Source of the DNA: Planctomycetota bacterium
GTDB taxonomy: Bacteria; Planctomycetota; MHYJ01; WSZJ01
Assembly (NCBI GenBank): GCA_038060895.1
Contig: JBBTCT010000002.1
Coordinates: 200,298 to 264,297 of the forward strand
Reading direction: 5' to 3'
Length of the DNA stretch: 64,000 bases
The notes below the pieces were generated by a model, which worked only from the letters and a program-made list of their open reading frames with translations, had not been told where the DNA came from and made no database searches. A program made the position numbers and the translations under genes. Below are positions 24,484-31,491 of this stretch, one piece after another; positions within the stretch are counted from its first letter, which is position 1; every line of letters starts with the position of its first letter.

Positions 24484-27105
24484 TCAAAGTCCTTCGACGA
24501 ACAACTTCCAGTCCGCTTCCAGCTTCCCGATGTCCTTCACGAACTCTCCCAGCGTCGCCGCCTTCCCTTCCTGCACCGCCTTGCGATAAGCGAGATACCC
24601 GTCCCGGTACTCCTTCCTGTCCGTCTGCGTAAGGAACAAGTTGAGCGACCAGCACTCGGCGTAGAACAGCAGCGCCTTGTTGTGGTCGCTGTTGATGAGA
24701 GCGAGCGCGTCGCCGAAAAAGACATCCTTGAGCGGGATGTGTTTTCCGGCGGCGACGGCGTTGCGCACGAACGGGATGCGGGACTCGCTGAGGAAATGGA
24801 AACGCCACGCCTTGCCGTCCCAGTTGAAGCCTTCGAAGTAAGTCGCCATGCCCTCGGCGTGCCAGGACGGCGGGCGGGCGGCGGGGGCGACGCGGTAGTA
24901 ATAGAGGTGGGCGGCCTCGTGGACCATGGTCTGCAGGAACTGCTGGCGGTCGCCGGTTTTGTTCCAGCCGGCGACGACGTCGGAGTCGCTTCGCGCAAAG
25001 CCGGCCGCGTTCAGGTGATCCTCGGCCTTCGTCTCGACGCAGTACTTGCGGTAGTCCTCGTAGCCCTTGTAGGCGTACAGGGACATCTTTTTCCCCGCGG
25101 CGAATTTCGGCTCCCCGCCGCCGTAGAACTTGCGGAACTCGGGCCAGGCGGCCTCGATCAGCGCGCCGAGCTCCTTCGCGAACGCGTCGCCGGCGTTCGT
25201 GCGGACGGTCGCGTGCGCCGTCTCCTCGACGCTCGCCGCCGCCCACTCGCCGCGCATCGCGTCGTAGTCCTCGCGGCTCATCCACTTGCCGTCCACCCGC
25301 ACGTACCCTCGCCGCCCGAGCTCCGCTTCGTCGCCCGGCACCCACTTTCCCGCGACCTGGATCTGCCCCTTCGCCAGCTTCTCGCGGTCCTCGCGCGGGA
25401 CCCACTTGCCTTCGAACAGCACCAGCCCCTTCTCGAGATTCGCCTTCTCCTCCGCCGTCGCGTACGCGCCGCGATACAGCACGAAGCCGTTCGCCGGCAC
25501 CGGCACGCCGCGCCGCCTGGCCACGAACGCGTCGACGCTCTTCCGAAGCGCGGGCTTGAATTTCGCTGCGTTCTCGAACAGTTTCACGGCGAGCGGGCGG
25601 TCGCCGGCGTCCCAGGCGAGGCAGCCAAGCCCGAACCCGTCGTCGGCCGTCGCGCCGGCGCGGTCGACGAGCTCGCAGAAAATGGCGACGTCGAGGTACG
25701 CCCAGGGGAAGCGGCCCTCGCCCTTGGGGATGGTGAACTCGAAAGAGTCGGCGTTGCCTTTCTTGATCGAGAGTTCGAGCGCGCCGAATCTGATCTTCTC
25801 CGCGAAGCTGCTCGTGCCGATCGCCTTGAGCAGCGTCTCCATCGCCCCCGCCATTCCGCGGACCTCCGGCAGCCGCGCTTCGACTTCCGAGCGCCGCGCC
25901 GCCGATTTCAGCGTCGGAAGGAGCAGCGCGTATTCCTCCGCCGCGCGCTTGAACTGGTAACGCCGCACCATCGTCTCGATTTCCGCGATCGTGAAGAGGT
26001 GCGTCCCGAGCTCCCGGCGCAACCCCGCGCGGTCCGCTTCCGGCCCGGCTTCCGCCTTGAGCGACGCTGCGATCTCCGCCGCGAACGGCCCCAGCCCCGC
26101 GATCCGTTTCGCGTGCGCCTCGAGATACGGATTCAGGCGCCACGCGTCCGACAGCGTCGCCCGCGCTTCCGCCAGCATCCCCAGCCGCCACTGCGCCGCG
26201 CCCATCCAGAAGAGCGACTCGAACGCCGTGCGCCGGCCGCGCGTCGCGAGGAAATCGAGCGCCTCGCGGTCGCGCCCCGCGAGCACGAGCGCGCGCGCTT
26301 CGCCGTGAATCACGTGCGCGAGCTGCGCGCCGTCGATCCCGTGAATCGCCTTGAGCGCCGCCTCCGTGTCGAAGTCCGCCCCCGCCTCCGGCGTCGCCGC
26401 CAGGTACGCGCGCGACAGCGCCGGCTCGATGTTGCCCGTGGCGCGGGCTTCGGCCGCCTTGACGGCCGCGCGGGCGTCGTCGAAGCGGCCTTGCTCGACG
26501 AGGGCGATGACCATCTGGAGATGAATCCCGAGCTGGACGCTGCCTGAAGCGAGTACGCCCTTAATTTCGCGCTCCGCCTCCGCCCACTCGGCCTTCGCCA
26601 CCTGTGCGTGCCACACGAGATTGACGCGCGCGCCGCCCTTCGCCGCAGCCGCCCGCTGCAGCTCGAGGCCTTCGTCCACGCGCCCGAGCTGGATCAGGTC
26701 CATCCCGAGAAGCGCCGTGAAGTCCGGATTCCCCGGCTGAGCCTTGAGCAGCCCGCGCATCTCTTCTTCAGCTTCCGTCCAGAGATCGAGCCCCGCGTAA
26801 GTCGAATGCCGCCGGATCCGGAACTGCAGATTCGCCGGCTCGAGCTGGATCGCGACGCCGTAATCCTCCAGTGATGCGGGCAGCCGCCCCGTCCTGGCCT
26901 TTGCGTACCCGCGCCCCGCCCACGCCCGGCCGAACACCGGGTCCTCCGCCACAGCCCGGTCAAACGCCGCCAGCGCCGCGGCCCCGTCCCCGCGCGCGAT
27001 CGCCGTGTCGCCGTCGGCGCAGGCTTTTTCCGCCGCCGCGCGGTCTGCGCGGGCGGGGAGCGACAGAAGGAGAAGGAAGATCGCGAGGGTGGGTGAGAGG
27101 CGCAT
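24484..27105 (-). CDS. Secreted TPR protein with C-terminal HExxH metallopeptidase-like (DUF1570-like) domain
   Basis: Signal peptide, TPRs, repeated GxVxxxGKWV units, TMVHEAAHLY...WHAEGMATYFE, FYAECWS. Confidence 0.8.
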   Translation of the reverse strand: MRLSPTLAIFLLLLSLPARADRAAAEKACADGDTAIARGDGAAALAAFDRAVAEDPVFGRAWAGRGYAKARTGRLPASLEDYGVAIQLEPANLQFRIRRHSTYAGLDLWTEAEEEMRGLLKAQPGNPDFTALLGMDLIQLGRVDEGLELQRAAAAKGGARVNLVWHAQVAKAEWAEAEREIKGVLASGSVQLGIHLQMVIALVEQGRFDDARAAVKAAEARATGNIEPALSRAYLAATPEAGADFDTEAALKAIHGIDGAQLAHVIHGEARALVLAGRDREALDFLATRGRRTAFESLFWMGAAQWRLGMLAEARATLSDAWRLNPYLEAHAKRIAGLGPFAAEIAASLKAEAGPEADRAGLRRELGTHLFTIAEIETMVRRYQFKRAAEEYALLLPTLKSAARRSEVEARLPEVRGMAGAMETLLKAIGTSSFAEKIRFGALELSIKKGNADSFEFTIPKGEGRFPWAYLDVAIFCELVDRAGATADDGFGLGCLAWDAGDRPLAVKLFENAAKFKPALRKSVDAFVARRRGVPVPANGFVLYRGAYATAEEKANLEKGLVLFEGKWVPREDREKLAKGQIQVAGKWVPGDEAELGRRGYVRVDGKWMSREDYDAMRGEWAAASVEETAHATVRTNAGDAFAKELGALIEAAWPEFRKFYGGGEPKFAAGKKMSLYAYKGYEDYRKYCVETKAEDHLNAAGFARSDSDVVAGWNKTGDRQQFLQTMVHEAAHLYYYRVAPAARPPSWHAEGMATYFEGFNWDGKAWRFHFLSESRIPFVRNAVAAGKHIPLKDVFFGDALALINSDHNKALLFYAECWSLNLFLTQTDRKEYRDGYLAYRKAVQEGKAATLGEFVKDIGKLEADWKLFVEGL

Positions 27106-27283
27106 CGGAGGCGGCGTCCACGATACCTTGGGACACGCGGCGGGCTTTGGTTGCAATTTCCGTAAGGCGTCGCGTTGCAGGACGGCCGCGGCTGCCACCA
27201 CTCATAGAACCTGAATCGTCTTTATAGCCGCTCATTGAAGGCGCCTCGATGGAGCGACTTTGCCGCTTCCCGGCAAATTCCGT

Positions 27284-27312
27284 TTGCACCCCCCAAGGGC
27301 GCTCAGTAGACT
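27284..27312 (+). promoter_or_regulatory. sigma70-type promoter of the rplY operon
   Basis: TTGCAC-17 nt-TAGACT. Confidence 0.6.
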
Positions 27313-27355
27313 CTTCGCCCCTTTCCGACCGACCTGTACCCAAGGAGCACTCCCG

Positions 27356-28075
27356 ATGGAAATCCTCAACCTCGAAGCCGTCGCGCGGCCGAAAGTCGGC
27401 ACGCGGCAGGGCGAGAAAGACCGCAAGAAGGGCCGGATTCCGGCGGCTGTGTACGGGCACAAGGAGCCGATGGCCAGCGTGACGGTGCCGTCGCTGGGTC
27501 TCCAGGGGATCCTGAAGGCCGGGACGCGGCTGGTGAAGATGTCGCTCGGCGGGAAGCAGGAGCTGACGTACATCCGCGAGGTTGCGCGCCACCCGATCAC
27601 GGACGAGATCCTGCACGTCGATTTCGGCCGGGCGTCGATGACGGAGAAGCTGTCGCTGAAAATTCCGCTGAAGACGAAGGGCGTCTCGAAGGGCGTCGCG
27701 AGCGGCGAAGGGCAGATGGACATCCTGATGAACGAGATCCCGATCCAGTGCCTGCCGACGCAGATTCCGAAGATGATCGAGCACGACGTGACGGCGATGG
27801 ACATCGGGACGGTGGCGAAATTGCGCGACCTGAAGCTGCCGGAGGGCGTGACGATCGACGGGAACGTCGAGCTGCTCGTCATCACGGTCCACAAGGCGAT
27901 CGAAGAAATCATCGCGGCGCCCGATGCAGTTGCGGCGGCTGCGGCGGCGGAGCCGGAAGTTCTCACGGCGAAGAAGCCTGAGGAAGGTGAAGCGGCGGCG
28001 CCTGGTGCGCCGGCCGCGGCGGGCGCGAAGCCCGCGGCGGAGGCCAAGGGAGGCGCAGAAAAGAAGAAGGAATAG
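27356..28075 (+). CDS. rplY: 50S ribosomal protein L25/Ctc
   Basis: GRIPAAVYG, HPITDEILHVDF, Ctc C-terminal domain, EPEV tail; AGGAG SD. Confidence 0.93.
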   Translation: MEILNLEAVARPKVGTRQGEKDRKKGRIPAAVYGHKEPMASVTVPSLGLQGILKAGTRLVKMSLGGKQELTYIREVARHPITDEILHVDFGRASMTEKLSLKIPLKTKGVSKGVASGEGQMDILMNEIPIQCLPTQIPKMIEHDVTAMDIGTVAKLRDLKLPEGVTIDGNVELLVITVHKAIEEIIAAPDAVAAAAAAEPEVLTAKKPEEGEAAAPGAPAAAGAKPAAEAKGGAEKKKE

Positions 28076-28080
28076 CGTCC

Positions 28081-28731
28081 GTGAAAGCGGTCGTCGGCCT
28101 CGGCAATCCGGGCAGGCGGTACGAAGGGACGCGGCATAACCTGGGGTTCATGGTGGTGGAAGCGGTCGCAAGGCGCCCCGGTGCGCACGCGACTGGAGCC
28201 GCTCGCGAACAGTTCGAGTCGCTCGTGATGGAAACCACGCTCGGCGACGAGAGAATTCTTCTCGTGAAGCCGCAGACGTTCATGAATCTCGCAGGTTCCG
28301 CCGTGCAGCCTCTTCTGGCGTGGCACAAGATAGCGCCCGCCGACTGCCTGGTGATTTGTGACGACCTCAACCTTCCGGTCGGGCGCCTGCGGTTTCGCGC
28401 AGGAGGATCCGGCGGCGGGCACCACGGGCTGGAGGACATTGAGAAGCGGCTGGGGACGCAGGAGTATCCGCGGCTGCGGATCGGACTGGGGCTGCCGGCG
28501 GGGTGGGTGGTCGAGAGTTTCGTGCTCGGGAAGTTCTCGGGCGAGGAGCTCAAGGCGATCGAGCCCGCGGTAAAAACGGCGGCTGAGGGCGTGGAAGTGT
28601 GGGCGACGAAGGGCGTGAACGCGGCCTCGAACCGCTTCAATGCCGGACCGAAGCCTCCGCAGGGTCCGCCGAAGCCCCCACGGGGCGAAGGCGGAAAAGA
28701 CCCACCAAAACAGGACAAGAAAGAGGAATAG
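28081..28731 (+). CDS. pth: Peptidyl-tRNA hydrolase
   Basis: VGLGNPG, TRHNLGF, KPQTFMN, GGHHGL, RLRIG. Confidence 0.96.
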   Translation: MKAVVGLGNPGRRYEGTRHNLGFMVVEAVARRPGAHATGAAREQFESLVMETTLGDERILLVKPQTFMNLAGSAVQPLLAWHKIAPADCLVICDDLNLPVGRLRFRAGGSGGGHHGLEDIEKRLGTQEYPRLRIGLGLPAGWVVESFVLGKFSGEELKAIEPAVKTAAEGVEVWATKGVNAASNRFNAGPKPPQGPPKPPRGEGGKDPPKQDKKEE

Positions 28732-28733
28732 CG

Positions 28734-29087
28734 ATGATCCAGACCGGAACCTACGAAGGAATGTTCGTCCTCGAGCCGACGCTCGCGGGCAAAGACTGGA
28801 ACAAGGTCGTGGAGCACGTCCACGGCCTCGCGACCAAGCACGGCGCCGAGGTCCTGGCTTCGAACAAGTGGGGCGACCGCAAGCTGGCCTACGAAATCGG
28901 CGGGCACAAGCGCGGCGCGTACATGCTGCTGTACTTCAAGGGCGACACTCAGCTGGTGACGAAGATCGACCGGGAAGCGCAGCTTTCGGACATCGTGCTT
29001 CGCCACGTGATCGTGCGGGTGGAGGTTGTTCCTCCGCCGGAGGAGCAGGTAGCGCCGCAGCCGCCGTCGGCGGCGGACCGGAAGTAG
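28734..29087 (+). CDS. rpsF: 30S ribosomal protein S6
   Basis: YEGMF, WGDRKLAYEI, LRH; operon context. Confidence 0.93.
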   Translation: MIQTGTYEGMFVLEPTLAGKDWNKVVEHVHGLATKHGAEVLASNKWGDRKLAYEIGGHKRGAYMLLYFKGDTQLVTKIDREAQLSDIVLRHVIVRVEVVPPPEEQVAPQPPSAADRK

Positions 29088-29089
29088 CC

Positions 29090-29614
29090 ATGGCCAGCGT
29101 CAACAAAGTGATGCTCCTGGGGCGGCTGACGGCCGATCCGGAGTTGCGTTACACGCCGAAGGGGACCGCGGTCTGCGATCTCCGGATGGCGATGAACCGG
29201 ACGTACACGGATCCCGGAAGCGGCGAGAAGAAAGAGGAAGCCACTTTCGTGGACGTGACGGCCTGGGGCCGGACGGCGGAGATCAGCGCGCAGTACCTGA
29301 AAAAGGGGCGCCAGGTTTTCGTCGAGGGCCGGCTGAAGTTCGACCAGTGGGAGCAGGAGGGGCAGAAGCGGTCGAAGCTTTCGGTGACCGCGGACCAGGT
29401 GACGTTCGTGGATGGAGGCGGAGCCGGTAGTGCAGGCGGCGGCGGCAGTGAAGGGGCTGAAGGCGGTGGCGGGGCGCGGCGCGGCGGTTACCAGCGCAGC
29501 CCGGCTCCGACCCGTGGCCCTCAAAAGCCGAGCGCTCCTCCCCCGCAGCAGGAAGACGGCCCGCCGCCCGACGAGCAGCCGCCTTCGCACATGGAAGGCG
29601 ACCCGCCCTTCTAG
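29090..29614 (+). CDS. ssb: Single-stranded DNA-binding protein
   Basis: MASVNKVMLLGRLTADPELRYT, KGRQVFVEGRL, terminal DPPF. Confidence 0.97.
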   Translation: MASVNKVMLLGRLTADPELRYTPKGTAVCDLRMAMNRTYTDPGSGEKKEEATFVDVTAWGRTAEISAQYLKKGRQVFVEGRLKFDQWEQEGQKRSKLSVTADQVTFVDGGGAGSAGGGGSEGAEGGGGARRGGYQRSPAPTRGPQKPSAPPPQQEDGPPPDEQPPSHMEGDPPF

Positions 29615-29665
29615 TTCGACCCAGACAACCAACCCAACGATTCAATTTCCGGAGAGACTGAAGAC

Positions 29666-30010
29666 ATGCCGAGAATCACACGCGACAAGCCGGACCGGGA
29701 CCGCGAACGCGGCCCGCGCCGCGACGCGGAGCCCGATTTCGGACAGATGGGCGACGCCGAGGGCGGTGACGATCCTGCCAAGAAGAAATACCGCAAATTC
29801 AGGAAGGACAACCGGTGCCGCTTCTGCAGGGAAAAAGGGAAGCTGTCCCGCGTCGACTACAAGGACATCCACATTCTCCAGAAGCTCTGCACGGCCCAGG
29901 GCAAGCTGTTCAGCCGGAAGCGGAGCGGAAACTGCGCGCGTCACCAGCGCGCCGTGAAGACGGCGGTCAAGCGGGCGAGATATCTCGCTTTGCTGCCGTT
30001 CGTGGGCTAA
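29666..30010 (+). CDS. rpsR: 30S ribosomal protein S18 (Zn-motif type, N-terminal extension)
   Basis: CRFC, VDYKD, CARHQR, KRARYLALLPF. Confidence 0.95.
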   Translation: MPRITRDKPDRDRERGPRRDAEPDFGQMGDAEGGDDPAKKKYRKFRKDNRCRFCREKGKLSRVDYKDIHILQKLCTAQGKLFSRKRSGNCARHQRAVKTAVKRARYLALLPFVG

Positions 30011-30024
30011 GGGAGCAACCAAAC

Positions 30025-30729
30025 ATGGCGATCAAAGTGCTGTTGTGGCAGACGGTGGACAAGCTCGGCAAGCGGGGCGACCAGGTCTCGGTGTCGGACG
30101 GCTACGCGCGGAACTACCTGTATCCGCGGAAGCTGGCGACGCCGGCGACCACCGGGGCCGGACGCGAGTTCAAGGCGGCGGCCCGGAAGGCGGAAAAGCA
30201 CGAGGGGGACATCAAGCGGCAGTACAGCGACCTTGCCGCGCAGATCGGCAACACCCACGTGACGATCGAGATGCTGGCGAACAACGAAGGCGTGCTCTTC
30301 GGAGGCGTGACGCCGTCGGTGGTTGCTGAGGCGCTGAAACGTGCGGGCCTCGAGGTGAACGGGAAGTTCATCACGATCGGCACGGCGATCAAGCGGCTGG
30401 GCGACTACACGGTAACGGTGAGGTTCCACCCCGAGGTTCAGTCGAAGCTCAAAGTGACGGTGGCCGCGAGCAAGGCGGAACAGTCGGCGGGCGACGCGGC
30501 GGACGAGGAGAACCCGTTCGCGAAGGGGATCTCGGTCGACGAGGCGGAGAAGCACGATCCGAAGATGCGCGGCAAGCGGCCGAAGAAGATGAAGGAAGGC
30601 AAGGAAGGGAAGAAGGAGGAAGGAAAGAAGGAAGGACCCGCGGCCGAGGGAGGGAAAAAGGCCGAAGTGAAGGAAGAGAAGCCGGCGAAGGCGGAGAAGT
30701 CTGAGAAGCCGGAGAAGAAGAAGGAGTAG
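30025..30729 (+). CDS. rplI: 50S ribosomal protein L9 with long Lys/Glu-rich tail
   Basis: LGKRGDQVSVSDGYARNYLYP, LFGGVT, IKRLGDY. Confidence 0.95.
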   Translation: MAIKVLLWQTVDKLGKRGDQVSVSDGYARNYLYPRKLATPATTGAGREFKAAARKAEKHEGDIKRQYSDLAAQIGNTHVTIEMLANNEGVLFGGVTPSVVAEALKRAGLEVNGKFITIGTAIKRLGDYTVTVRFHPEVQSKLKVTVAASKAEQSAGDAADEENPFAKGISVDEAEKHDPKMRGKRPKKMKEGKEGKKEEGKKEGPAAEGGKKAEVKEEKPAKAEKSEKPEKKKE

Positions 30730-30754
30730 TCGTCGGAGCGTTCGGAAAAACAAG

Positions 30755-30780
30755 GCCCCGCAGAAATGCGGGGCTTTTTT
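30755..30780 (+). terminator. Intrinsic terminator of the ribosomal protein operon
   Basis: GCCCCGCA-GAAA-TGCGGGGC followed by T6. Confidence 0.9.
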
Positions 30781-30797
30781 CATTCTGTCTGTGTCGT

Positions 30798-30960
30798 ATC
30801 TGCGCCGATCTGCGGAGATCACGTTTTATCAGCGCAAATGCTGTTTTCGAGTTCAAGCGCGGCGTGGGACGCAAGGCGGGCCCGTCGGCGCCAGCCCGGC
30901 TTTTGAGTAAACGAAATGCGTCGCGCAGATAAAACAGGATCTCCGCAGATACGCGCAGAT
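30798..30960. repeat. Inverted-repeat element C (163 bp, 38-bp arms of 10-bp ATCTGCG-core units)
   Basis: Arms match 33/38; homologous to element D (52218-52381) in opposite orientation; 11 nt from the GxxExxY stop. Confidence 0.9.
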
Positions 30961-30971
30961 TCCCTCCGATG

Positions 30972-31370
30972 TCAGGCAGACCGCTCGAACCTGGTTTCCA
31001 CCCGACGATGGGTTCCGACTTTCTTGGGCCCGAAGTTCAGCAGGAGCGCTACCGGGGTCTTTGCGAGCATCTGATATCCCCTCATCTGATCTTCGTGTCC
31101 GTCTTCGAGCGAACGGGCGGCCTTCACTTCGAGGACGACGGCTCTCTCGAACATGAAGTCGACGTAGAAACGCCCTACAAACTGACCCTCGAAGAACACC
31201 CGAAGAGGAGCTTCCCTCTCGAACCGGAGGCCTTCCTTGCGGAAAGCAATCTCCAGGGCGTTCTTGTAGACCACTTCGGGAAGCGCCGGCCCGAGAGCGT
31301 TGTGGACCCGGAACGCGCAGCCGATGATGCGCCCTGTCAGGTCCGAGTGGGGGTAGTCGTTGTTGTTCAT
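30972..31370 (-). CDS. GxxExxY protein (PD-(D/E)xK nuclease family)
   Basis: IIGCAFRVHNALGPALPEVVY, FYVDF...VLEVKA, HEDQMRGY, LLLNFG. Confidence 0.9.
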   Translation of the reverse strand: MNNNDYPHSDLTGRIIGCAFRVHNALGPALPEVVYKNALEIAFRKEGLRFEREAPLRVFFEGQFVGRFYVDFMFERAVVLEVKAARSLEDGHEDQMRGYQMLAKTPVALLLNFGPKKVGTHRRVETRFERSA

Positions 31371-31379
31371 ATGAGTAAG

Positions 31380-31407
31380 ATGATATAACACATCTGGAGC
31401 ATGTCAA
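31380..31407 (-). promoter_or_regulatory. sigma70-type promoter of the GxxExxY gene
   Basis: Minus strand TTGACA-16 nt-TATCAT, 9 nt before the ATG. Confidence 0.6.
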
Positions 31408-31491
31408 GGGCAAATCGCAGGAATTGCGTCGGCCTTCCGCGCTCTCTCATTGCTTCGTCCCGGACCGCCCGACTGTAGAATCCCGGGTCTC

